Assembly: GCA_013239625.1 (NCBI GenBank)
Contig: MU054187.1
Location: 13,362,974-13,426,973, forward strand
Origin: Lama guanicoe
Taxonomy: Eukaryota
Direction: 5' to 3'
DNA: 64,000 nucleotides
The notes under the pieces are model-generated. The model was not told the DNA's origin. It worked only from the letters and a program-made list of their open reading frames with translations, and did not search any database. Below are positions 37,783-49,570 of the stretch, one piece after another. The position numbers were made by a program, and so were the translations under genes. How positions within the stretch are numbered: position 1 is the first letter of the stretch; each line of letters opens with the position of its first letter.

Positions 37783-38260
37783 CTGCTCCTGACTCACCAC
37801 AGTTCCTTCCTGCTGAGGAAGAAGTCAGTCAGGAAATCATGCCACAGTCACGTGGCAGCCACGGCTTTTACTGATACTAGAAAGACACTGGTGGAACCGG
37901 ACGTGGTGGTTCACTGAGTGAGAATTACCCTAACTGTCCCCCACGTAAATTCCCTGGGGAAGGTGTGTGCTGACTTGATCAGAGGCTCAAAGGAAAAGAA
38001 CAGTAAAGTGAAAAGATGGGTTTGGATGTCTTCCGAGATTGAGAATCATTATGAGAAAAACTCTTCATGGTGAAGTTTCTAAGACTTGCCGCATTTCCAG
38101 ATGAGGATCTGTAGGCGATACACTGTCTTGTACAGCCGTTCAAAGCATGTTAAGCAGATTACTTCTGTCCTTTTTGAGCCAGGAGTAGAGATTGAAGTCA
38201 TCATTGTAGTTGCTTACATCGACTATTTTAATAAGTTGATTATTGGTTGTTTAAAAAAGA
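37783..38260 (+). pseudogene. RPS20P: Processed pseudogene of 40S ribosomal protein S20 (uS10)
   Basis: Intronless. 5' UTR CTGCTCCTGACTCACC; start ATG>ACG at 37861; translation TAFTDTRKTLVEPDVVVH*VRITLT...[20 protein letters not shown], frameshift, ...FQMRI...VKQITSVLFEPGVEIEVIIV. Stop TGA at 37915; AATAAG at 38230 and an A-tail remnant. Confidence 0.95.
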
Positions 38261-38546
38261 GATATAAATAATAAGTAACTGTAGGAGATACAATAGAATC
38301 ATAAAATCATTCAGAGAAGGGAGAAAGTAAACAAAAAAGCAAGAAAGACCAAGTAGAACAAGTCAGAAACAGCAAGGAAGTAGATTTTAGTCCAGCCGTA
38401 ACATAATCACTTTAAATGTCTAAATACATCAGTAAAAAGGCAAAGATTGCTAGACTGGATTTAGAAAGAAGACTCGGTTATGTGTTGTCTATGGAAGACT
38501 CACTTTAAATATAGAGAGATAAATAGATTGAAAGTAAAAGCAAATA

Positions 38547-39184
38547 CAGGTTACCCCCTCTATCCAAAAATAGAGCGTTCCTGTGAAACCTCTCATAAGC
38601 CAAAATGGCTTACAGCGAAGAAGCAGTTGCCTTAGGACACATCTTGCTAACAGATGCAAAAATTAAATTGAGATAAAGCACAGATGCTCACTGGCACATT
38701 TCAAAGCTGCGGCAGCTTGATGCTGAGATGCTGAAGGTCTCTTGGGGAAGGAGCTTGGTGGTGCCCTCTCACTGCTGGGGGTGTGCTACCTCTATGCTGC
38801 GAAAAATGCTGAACACTAGTTCTTTTTTATTGAAGTATAGTTAATTTACAATATTATATTAGTTTCGGATGTACAACACAGTGATTCAATATTTTTATAG
38901 ATTATACTTCATTTAAAGTTATTACAAAATAATAGCTGTATTCCCCTGTGCACTACAATATATCCTCGCTACTTATTTATTTTATATGTAGTAGTTTGTA
39001 TCTCTTAGTCTTCTACCCCTGTCTTGCCCCTCACCCCTTTCCTCTCTGCTTTTGCTTTTTGCCATTTTTATAAAAGCAAAACTCCTCTGCAGATTCTTTC
39101 AGTTAGCAGAAACAGGCACTAATATAGGTCTTTCATAAAAAGGAGGTGGTGTAAAGCAAACTTTCAAAAAGCAAAGGACACCTT
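38547..39184. mobile_element. TcMar-Tigger-like non-autonomous DNA transposon, interrupted by an L1 3' fragment (~38822-39045, minus)
   Basis: TA|CAGGTTACCCCCTCTATCCAAAAAT left end and degraded inverted end ACTTTCAAAAAGCAAAGGACACCTTA. Confidence 0.6.
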
Positions 39185-41104
39185 ACCAATCAAAGGCTGT
39201 CACCCATCTGCCCCACCCCCCCGCACACGAAAACAAAAACGATAAACAAAGCTAGATTAGCTACATTAAATTCAGTCAAAGTAGACTTCAGAAAAAGGAG
39301 AATTATCAGAAATAAAGTAGAAGATTACATAATGATAAAGTGGAAGGTTCTACAAGTGGACATAGCAGTCCTAAAGGTGTACACACCTAATACCAGAGCT
39401 TCAAAATACATGAGAGAAAAACTGATGAATCTGAGAGGACAAATAGACAAATCGATAGTTGTCAGTGGTGACTTGAACATGCCTTTATAGTTATTGATAG
39501 AACAAGTAGGCAGAAACTAATAGGAATATAAATGGTCTGAACAACATTATCAACCAACTTGACAAAATTGACATTTATCACACCACCAGCAAACTTCAGA
39601 ATACACATTCTTCTTAAGTGCACATATTTTGTGACCCATATTCTGGGTCACAAAATAAACTAACAAATTTAGAAGAACAGATGTGATACCAAGTATGTTC
39701 TCAGGTCATTTAAAAATTATATTAGAAATCAATGAAATAAATATGTCTGGAAGATTGCCAAATATTTTGAAATTAAGCAATATGAATCCAAAAAGAGGTC
39801 TCAAAGGAAATTTTAAAATATTTTGAACTCTCAACAATAGGAAAATAAACAAGCCAATTAAAGCAGGGCAAATGACCTTAATAGAAACCTCATCAAAGAA
39901 AATATACGGATGCAAATAAGCACATGAAAAGATGCTCAACATCATTTGTCATTAGGAAGTTTCACATTAAAACCATTACATGCCTATTCAAATGGATAAA
40001 ATTAGAAAAAAAAACAAAACAACCCTGACAATACTAATTGCTGGCCAGGATGAATAACAAGAACTCTCACTATTTGTGGGAATGCAAAATAATACAGCTA
40101 CTTTGAGAGACAATTTGGCAATTTCTTACAAAGCTAAATATAGTCTTATTATACAACACCCCTTCCTACCAATCAGATTCCTAGGTATTTATCCAATCGA
40201 TTTTAAAACATGTCCACACAAAAGTTTGCACATGAAAAACAGACATTGTATCATCCTTTAGGCTATAGTAACTTCTGAAAAAAATTTTGTGTTGCTGGAT
40301 TAGATAGTATATGCACATATATATGTGCATCATATGTAAAACACACACACACACACATATATATATAAAATCAAGAAGAATAAGATATCTTGAACATACA
40401 CCTCTACAGTTCAGAAAAAGTGAAATAGATAAAAATCACAAATCACAGATTTTACTGTTTGTTGTAGTACAAAGTGGTTAAAGAGAATCATTCCTGGAAT
40501 TTTTTTTTCTTTTCCAATTTTTTTTCTTTTCCAATTACCTGGAGATTAAGTAGATTTATTACCTGGGCTCTAAGTAGTGAATTAACATATGAAATGAAAG
40601 GTTTGAACCCAGCTAGGGTAAAAGCCAAGAAGCTGGCCACCATTATTCCCTCACTCGCTATGAATTTCCTCCTTCAAATTCCTGGAACTTTGTGTTTTAA
40701 TTTGGTAGGTAGATTGGGAGATTATGTTTAAACCATTAAGGGATTTTAACTGGAGAAAGATGAGAGCTGAGGGGTAATTGTTCCTGGATGACAGTACAAG
40801 GTGCTATCAAGCATTCAGCTTCAACTTGGATAATCATTTATTTTCTCTGCATCTAGAGTGCCAGCTGTAATCCTAATCAATTACGTGTTCCTTTCCTGTT
40901 ACTTTTTCGTTTTCTTTTTCTAATAGAGTGACTGGGGCTTTGGTGGGAGGGGGGAGCTGAGAGGCATAAAAACCCTATTAGTCATAGAGAATTATTTGTT
41001 GTATAGAATTACTTATTACCGATGGTGAACTGTTTTTATGGGCCATTTACTAAGACTTGGAAATGATTTACCTGGTGTAGGAGGAAGGCCATGGACACTG
41101 TACA

Positions 41105-41280
41105 GAAAGACCTGGCTTAGAATCTCAGTGCGCTCACTTACTACTTACATAATCCTTGGCAAGTCCACCTCTTTGAGCCTCAGTTTCCTCTTCTCCATGG
41201 TGGGGATAATAATACCTGTCTTAATGGAGCTGTTGTGAAGAGTAAGTGAGCTCATATGATAATGTATGTGGTAGCCACTT
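41105..41280 (+). mobile_element. MIR SINE
   Basis: CCTTGGCAAGTCCACCTCTTTGAGCCTCAGTTTCCTC...GGGGATAATAATACCT. Confidence 0.8.
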
Positions 41281-42189
41281 AATGCATTCTCGTTTTCCTT
41301 CCTTTATGACGCCTCACACTTCTGTCCGCAGGCTCATTCCCCCTGCTCCTTCTGGCTCTCAAGGGTCCTGCACTATGTCCCCACTGTGTCTGTTCTGCAA
41401 CCCTTCTTTCATCCCAGGAAAAACAGCTCAGCTGTAGTCCTCCAGGCTCCTGCAGGTCTCAGCATGCTGACGACTGTCACTCCTCCTCTCCTGCCTGCTC
41501 TAATGGTCATTGAGTGCAATGTTAAACTCTGTGGATGTATGTTTACTTACTTAATTAGCAATTAATAACATAATTAATCATGTCTACTTAAACTCCACAA
41601 CTATGTTATCCCTATTTTACAGATGAGGTGACGAGACTTAAATGAGATTTCCCTCAGGTCACATAACTAGCTAATATGACACAACCTGTCCACTCTTGGT
41701 TGGCTCCAAGTTACCCAAAGAACCCAACATCAGCTTCTCAGGATGGAATACAGTTCTGTTCCTGGTGGGGTCTCCTGTCCCTCCACTCTAAGCTTCAGCC
41801 ATGCTCAGAGCCATTCCCTAAGCATTCCATGCTCTTCCATGCTTCCCGCCTTTCCACGTGCTCTTCTTTCAGCCTGCAGTGCCTTAGTCTTCTTTTTCCA
41901 ACCATCTAATAACCTTTGGCTTCTGTCTTGTAGCCTGGTGAAGATGTCAGCCCTCTGTGAATCCTTCCTGCCTTGTTGTAGGCCCTTCAACTTCTGTAGC
42001 CCATGGCACAAACTCATAATTATAGCACTTTTCATACTCTTTGGAAATCAGTAATTCATCTGTTCCTTTTACTGTACTATTATTTATCCTATACTATTAT
42101 ACTGTACTAGTATTATCCTTCGGCTGCTGGCAAGGAGAAGAATTTTTGCCTCCTAGTTGGTGTTTAATAATGATTTGTGTGTGTGCATG

Positions 42190-43070
42190 CATTTAGTTGA
42201 AATTTCTATTAAGATCATTTTAATTCACGTGCAGTTATAAGAAATAATAGAGAGCCCTAGTATATGTTGCCCATTTTCCTCCAGTACTAACATTTTGTAA
42301 AACTATAGTGTAACATCAACCCCTGACTTTGTTCAGATTTTCCCAGTTTTACTTGGAATCATTTGTGTGTGTGTGTGTGTGTATTAAAATTATGTTAAAA
42401 TTTATCACCCATGTAGGTTTGTGTATCCGTCACCGCAATAAAAATATCGAGCAGTTCCAATACCACAGGGGTTTCTCCTGTGCCCTTTTAGACTCACATC
42501 CATGGTCTTCTGTCCCTTGCCCATTTCCCTCGACCTCCTGAACCTCTGACAACCATCTGTCGGTCCTCCATTTCTAAAATTTTGTCATTTCAAAAATGTT
42601 ACATAAATGGACTCATACAGTACTTAATCTTTGGGACCTGGCTATCTTAACTCAGTGTAAATCCCTGAACATTCATCCGAGTTGTTGTGTTTGTTAATAG
42701 TGGATCCCTTTTTATTGCATTGTAGTGTTATGTGGCATGTCTACACTGCATTTTATTTAAACATTCACCTGATGAAGGACATCTGGGCTGACTCCAGTTT
42801 GGGACTATTATGAATAAAGCTGCTATGAACATTCATGTTCAGATTTTTAGGTGACCATAAATTTCATTTTCCCTGGGATAAATACTCAAGAGTGCAAATG
42901 CTGGATGAGATGGTGATTGCATGTTTAGTTTCTTAAGAATTGTTGGCCAAATTGTTTTCCAGAGTAGCTGTACCATCTCGCATTCCCACCAATAATGCTT
43001 AAGTGGTTCAATTTCTCTGAATCCCAGTCAGCATTTGGTAGTGCCATTATTTTTTATTTTGGCCATTCTG
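42190..43070 (-). mobile_element. L1MC-type 3' end
   Basis: AATTCACGTGCAGTTATAAGAAATAATAGAGAG...AAAACTATAGTGTAACATCA...ATGAATAAAGCTGCTATGAACATTCATG. Confidence 0.75.
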
Positions 43071-43527
43071 ATCTCTCTCTCTCTCCCTCCCTCCTTCCCT
43101 CCCTCCTTACCCCATCCCCCATTTCCCATCTTCCCTCCATCCTTCCTTTCTTTTCTTCATTCTGAGAATTATCCCTCCTTCATTGTGTGTAGTCTTCTAC
43201 TGTGAGGGCATTTTTAGGTAAATGCTCACTTCCCTCCGTGGGTATTTATTTTCTTGCCTCCTGTACGTAGCTAAGTTGCTTACATGAAAGGGAAGGCAGG
43301 GGTCTTTTATTTTGGCTGAGGTGCTGAGCACTCTTCCTGCTGTGGCTCCTCCTTTTCAGCATCGACAGTTCCTTCTTATTCCCGAACTTGTTTCTCCAAA
43401 CACCCTGCTAGGAGAACTTCAGTATGTTTTCACAAATTAATCTTTGTTTCGTTTAGCCAGATCTGTTGCTAGCAGCTTTGAATCTGGGTTGATATAATTT
43501 GTTTTGTTAAATGTAAATGATTTTAGT

Positions 43528-44197
43528 GACGCCATTATGGAAAACAACATGACAATTCCTTAAAAAATTACCATATGATCCAGCAATCCCCCTCCTGGGC
43601 GTATATCTGGAGGAAATTCTTTATTCAAAAAGATACATGCACCTCAGTGTCCATAGCAGCATTATTTACAGTAGCCAAGATGTGGAGGCAACCTAAATGT
43701 CCATTGACGAATGGATAAAGAAGATGTGGTGTGTATATAAATGTGTGTGTATATATGAAATACTACTCAGCCATAAAAAAGAATGAAATAATGCCATTTT
43801 CAGCAACGTGGATGGACCTAGAGATTATCATACAAAGTGAAGTAAGCCAGAAAGAGAAAGGAAAATACCATATGGTATTACTTATATGTGGAATCTAAAA
43901 AAATGACAGATGAACTTATTTACAAAACAGAAATAGATCAACAGACATTAAGATACAAACTTAGTTACCAGAGGGGAAAAAGGATGGGGTAGGGACAAAC
44001 TGAGAGTTTGAGATTTGCAGATACTATCTACTACATATGAAACAGATAAACAACAAGGTCTTACTGTATATAGCACAGGCAATTATATTTACTATCTTGT
44101 AATAGCCTATAATGAAAAAGAATATGAAAAGGAATATGTGTATATATAACAACTGCATCACTGTGCTCTGCACCAGAAACTAAATTTAAAAAGTAAA
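43528..44197 (+). mobile_element. 5'-truncated lineage-specific L1 with perfect 18-bp TSD
   Basis: ORF2 C-terminus (CCATATGATCCAGCAATCCC...) plus 3' UTR; TSD TAAATGTAAATGATTTTA at 43508-43525 and 44198-44215. Confidence 0.92.
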
Positions 44198-47100
44198 TAA
44201 ATGTAAATGATTTTAATAACTAGTCATAGTAGAATATTTAACATGCATTTCAGTGTCTCTTCTTAGTGATATAAACACGTGGAACCATTACATAATGTGG
44301 AATAGTGCTAAGTATAAAAGACAAATAGTGTAGGTTCAGAGGGAGAACTATTATATTTACCTGAGTGGAGATGGGGAGAGGAAATTAGGAAAAGCTTTAT
44401 GGAGGATGTAGAATTTGAGTTAGGTCTTAAAAAATAAATAGCATTTGGACAAATTATAATCCACATTGAATAGCCATTTGCTGAGTTTTGGTTTTATTTT
44501 CATCCAAATAGGTAACATAATATTTATTGACCATCTTTTCTGCATTTTCACTACTTCCCCATTTACCCATGCTAGATACATAGAAAATAGATCCTGTGCT
44601 CTAACACAGTCTGATCACCTTTGATTGGTGTAAGTGTATCCCTGTCTGCCCTGAAAGAGTGATGGCAATTGTGGTGGAACTGAATTGTCAGGACTGGGGA
44701 AGAGGACACAGTCTAATATATTAGTGCTAGGTACTTTACAAGACAATACTCAGATTTTTTTGTTTTGCTTTTATGATTATTGGTTTTTTTTAAGTTTTTT
44801 TTAAAACATACTGAGCTTTATCTAGTTGCAAAACAAGATGGAGATATGAATTTAAAAAGTATATATTTGAATATGCTGGCAGGAATTGCATCACTCCAAG
44901 GGGACCTGCCCACCCGTGCCATGCTGATGGGTGGTAAGGAGCAGTATCAATGAATAGAGCATAAAGTAAACTTGAGCTATCCTGTGTTTATCAGAGTATA
45001 AGCAACATTCGTAACTCGAAGCAAAAGCAGTAGAATATGAAGGTTAAAGTAAAAGAAACAGATAAAGAGTCAGATTTGTTCTTCCCTATTGCAGTCCCTC
45101 CCAGAATACCTACCTGAATGCCACAGCATAGCCAGGAGGAAGAGCTCACGGAAGTTTCTCATGGTGGAGCCTCACACGTGGTAAAACCTAGGTAGAAGAA
45201 ACACGTCTGCTAATTACCCAGTCCAGGAAAACCCAGGTAATAATTTTTGTATTGACCAAACTGCTTTATTAGTGTTATTTTTTGTTTGTTCTGTGATAAC
45301 TGTGAGACGTCTGATATTTTTTGTGGCTATTTTAGCTGCTACATTAAGTAAAAAAGAAAGAATTCCCAAATGTGTGATAACAAGTTGAAAACATTTCTAA
45401 ATAATTAGAGAGGAAGGAGTGATTTTTAAGTCCACTCAGGAGGCATCCAGAACAGCTGGAGGCTGCGCCTGAGTCCTAAAAAGCTGATAAAATAACCCAC
45501 AGGCAAACCAGTGAGCTGAGGATGAGCACTGAGCAAGTCACTTTGATGAACTTCGCACCTGTTGTGGAGACCAGCTAGCTTCCTGCCTTTGCCTTTCTTC
45601 CACTCGCATATGTTTGGTAATATTTTGCATATGTTGATAGACTCCATGGAAAGATTTGTTGGGTCTTTCACCCTCTGTCCCTGGTGGTCCTAATGGGCAC
45701 AGATACTCTGGCAAAGCAAGGAGGGAAAAGAGGAAAAAGTTGGCCATGATAAAAACAAATAATGGAATTCATGTCCCTCTGGAGAAGTTTTAATGGCACA
45801 TGTGTCTCAGGCTAAAAAAAAAAAAGACTAAATAAGTTTTAGCCATTTAGGGGTCTGCATCTTGCTAGAAAATGGGAAGCCATCAACTAGGACTTGGTGT
45901 CAGATGCTGAGGATGCAAAGAATTGCTAGAATTCTTGGTTGCTCTCAAGTTTCAGTGCGCAGAGTGAGGTCCCAGCGGGGAGGTGCACACAGGAACGAGT
46001 GCCCTCCAGGTCTCAGCTGCCTAGTGGGGAAAAGTAACAAGCCCCAGTGAGGACAGCCGAGGGGAGGGTCATGCGAAGAGTGATTGTCTTCTCACTTCAA
46101 GTTCATACTGGACAGACCACGAGGCGGTTAACCCAACATCCATTCCCAGTTGCCTACTTCTCCGAGAGCAGCTGGTGGGAGAGCTGAGCGCCTACTTTGA
46201 CAGCCTCTCCTACGGCTTGGGGCGGACATGAGATATGTGCAGAAACTGCTGTGGAGTGGGGAGTGGGGGCGAAGAGTGTGGGGTTCTCGAAAAACTTTTG
46301 CTTTCCCTTTAAGAGGGGCAGCGGTGGCTTCTTTCTGTCTTAAGTGGGGATGTGCGGCAGGAGCTGGGGGCAACTCTCTTATAAAGGAGAGGAAGGTGTT
46401 CAGAATCATTGTCCCTGACGTTGAGCTGCTGGCCTAACACCAGTCTTAGCCTACGTGCAGAGTTCTCATGATGTGAGAGAAATAAACCCCTATTTGTTGA
46501 GACTGCATAAAACTTTTTTGATACTTCCTGTTGAAACGTCCTTACCTTACCTTACGACGTGTATTTCGTCTGAGTTTTCTCTCAATTAAAACTTCTATGC
46601 AGTAACTTGAAGTAAGTGTCGTAGTCCTGTGTCCCAGGTATTTCTGGGTCGGTGAGGGAGGGCAGCGGAACCTCTTGACAACATGCTGTGAAACCAGCTG
46701 GAGGAATTAGTAAGGTATTGCTTGTATGGATGAGCTCAAATGCGACGGCGCGTTATCCAGAAATGATCTCACTGACTCACTGTTGATTTTTTCTGAATTG
46801 TTTTCCCAATAATTTGATAAATTAATGATTCCTCCACTGTAAGGTCATTTCCATTCCTGTGGTTTGGGGTAGTCTGTGCCCCTGGTACTATTGAAGCTAG
46901 CGGATGCTTCCAGATGAGGTCAGTGGGGGACACTTGGTATAGAGAAGAAGACACAGAGAACAAAGTCTGTGAGAGTGAGAAAGTGAGAGTTGTGGGAAGA
47001 TTGGAACAGGGCTTCCAAAAATGTGCTCAATTCTGTTTTCTCTTAGTTAATATTTCCGGAATGTTTTAGATGAAATAGCATTATTAATTTCAAAATAACA

Positions 47101-49214
47101 GTCTCATCTCTCTTATTCTTGGTTTATTTTAGAGTCAAAGCCTAAAATTGAATCACCCCAAGGGAAACTTCCAAAATTTGCATCCCCTGTCTTCCATCCC
47201 CACCCTTGCCCACATTCAAAAAGGACAAGAAACATACTGAAGTGTGTCTGATCTTACGAGCTTGGTGGGTCTGTTTCCAAGCAGAAGTGTGGGGGATCAA
47301 GTTGGGTGATCTGAACCTTTAGAAAAAGGAGTGGTAACCAGTAAATTTTACATTTCGCTAAGTGTGATGGAAACAACATAAAACAGGTGCCTCTCAAATG
47401 AAGGCCTGAAATCTGCAAGGCTTTTTTTTCCATTCAGCTTAACTGGAATGGTTTTTTCCTGTGTCAGACTTGGTAGGGGGCTTAGAAATTGAGTTCTTTG
47501 TTCTGGGGGTATTGTCCCCGGCAATGAGGCAGGGGCCAAACAGCAATCAGGTTGGAAAGTTAAAGTTGACTGAAAGTGTCTTCTAAAACTATATTATTTC
47601 TGGTCTTCTTCCCTGCAAGTCAAATAAATCTTCAGAACTCTTCACATTTCAAACATAATATTTTTTCATGTCCACAAACTGATTTTTGAAGCTCGTGAGT
47701 ATCCTTGCTGCATGTGTGTGGCTCTTCTGTCTGTACACTGTTTCCCAGCCATGTTATTAGTCATGCTTTCTGAGAACCCCGAGGGTGAACTCATATCGTT
47801 AACCTGGTTTGATCCTTAAGAAAACTGGCAGAGACTTATCAGAGGCCAGCTCTGTGAGCTCTTGGAATGGTGACATGTGGCAGATGGCTGAATCGTTCTG
47901 TACACTATGTTTTTAATGAGTTTTTAAAACATATCCTAGTTAAAAAAAGAAGACCCCACAGCTTAGCTATGCTGCCACTTCGGATATCTGAGTCTCATAT
48001 CTCATATAATATCTCATATAGCTCAGATTTTTTTTAGCTTTAGCTACTTCCTGATTTAGAGTTGATATAGACCATTTTGTGTGTGTGGATTAGGTAACAT
48101 CCCTAGAAGATGATACACTTACATACAGGACCCTTTCCAGAAACAATGCTCCAGTTCCAACTAGGTGTAGAAGGAAAGCCCTAACCTTGCTTCCTTATCT
48201 AGAAAACTGGAAACTATTCTGTTAGCTGGGGATTTTGACCTACCATTGACACCTAGTGTAAGAGACACACTGAATGTAACTAAGTTCCCCGAAGCTGGCT
48301 GGGAGCAGAACAGACGAGGGGATGGATGTGTTATGGAAAGTTGGGAAAGCCAGTGGCTTTCACCTCTGTTACCCTGAAGATGGACTATTATTTTGACTTC
48401 TCTCGGGACTATTTGGCATTTAGCTCAGTGAAGGATGGTTTTAGAATCGGGGTGACTGGGGAGAAAGTAAAGAGCTAGATTCTTAGGTGCTCAGTTTCGT
48501 AATTTTTCAGGCTTCTCGACGTGTGTACGCCGGGAGTCAGGACCACATTGAGACTGCTTGTATTGCCTTTAATGGGGCTCAGAACTGTCTAGAGAAAGCA
48601 TCCACCAAAGTCGTGATTTGGGGAGGAGGAAGATTTGGCAACTAATTTTAAGGCTTCCACTTACATTGAACTTCTCTTCTATGAGTTAATAAACTATCTA
48701 CATTTGACGACATCATTCTTTCTGATCTAACAAGTCCCTATCAGCTCATTAATGCTGTATTTATAGGAAACACAATGATAAACATTTTCTAATTTTGTTT
48801 CCAATCTGTAAAACACAGAGTGCTGTAGAAATCAAATTGTTGATGTGATTATGCAAGTACGAAGTTGGGGATTTTTTGATACCAGATATTGTTGTATTAC
48901 TAGAACATTTATTAGGGGAGTTGGGGAGGGAGCAGGTGTGATCCAAAAATGTGAGAGCACATGAACTTTCTATCTCTGGATTTCTCTTTACACTAGGAGT
49001 GAATGGTTCATTCTAAGGAACTGGAATTTAGCTGTTTGTTTTTGCTTTGTTTGTAAAGCACAAGCTCTTTGTTTCTGAGCATCAGAATGGGCACTTACCC
49101 CAATGCAGTGTTTCTTAAATCTCAGTTAATCCAAGACCTATAAGAAAAGTATGTTTATATTGGGTGATAACTCTGAAGAGTTTGATTTTCCAATGTTTCT
49201 TTTGAAGTTGACAT

Positions 49215-49570
49215 ATGTATTAGAACATTGGGAAAAGAAATACAGGAAAGGGAGACAGCCAGGAAAGGGTGAGTTATGAAGGCAGCCACCAGTGTGGATG
49301 ACTGGAGCTTAATTCTATGGGGGAAGCCCTGGGGAATGGTGCGTGGTCTTGAAATAATTCCTTCGAGGAGGTGAGGAAGCTTGAATACCTGTACACCAGC
49401 TCCCATCATTGTTGGCTGAGTGTCAGTTCCTGGCACTGGTATTTCCATGGTTCTGGCAAGAGTCCCCTGGCACTGAGAGGCGAGGCAGGCCCTGGCCATT
49501 GGATGTTGTCTGGAGGAACTGAATAGTGGGGCTCAAGGACTTTGAGTGGGACACTGACAGTGTCTGGTAC
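49215..49570 (-). mobile_element. ERVL-class LTR fragment (LTR33-like)
   Basis: AAAGGGTGAGTTATGAAGGCAGCCACC...TGGAGCTTAATTC...CACCAGCTCCCATCATTGTTGGCTGAG. Confidence 0.5.

Larger units (their letters stand above)
35800..40240 (+). mobile_element. Degraded old L1 (5' UTR, ORF1 ~36700-37500, ORF2 start ~38400) with nested insertions
   Basis: A-rich strand; ORF1-like GCAGAAAAAATATTTGAAGAAATAATG; endonuclease-region AAAGTAGACTTCAGA...TACACACCTAATACCAGAGCTTCAAAATACATGA; later ORF2 pieces GAAAAGATGCTCAACATC. Confidence 0.75.

Noticed and set aside
38086..38271. 61-aa ORF
   Set aside because: It is the frameshifted C-terminal part of the RPS20 pseudogene, not an independent gene.
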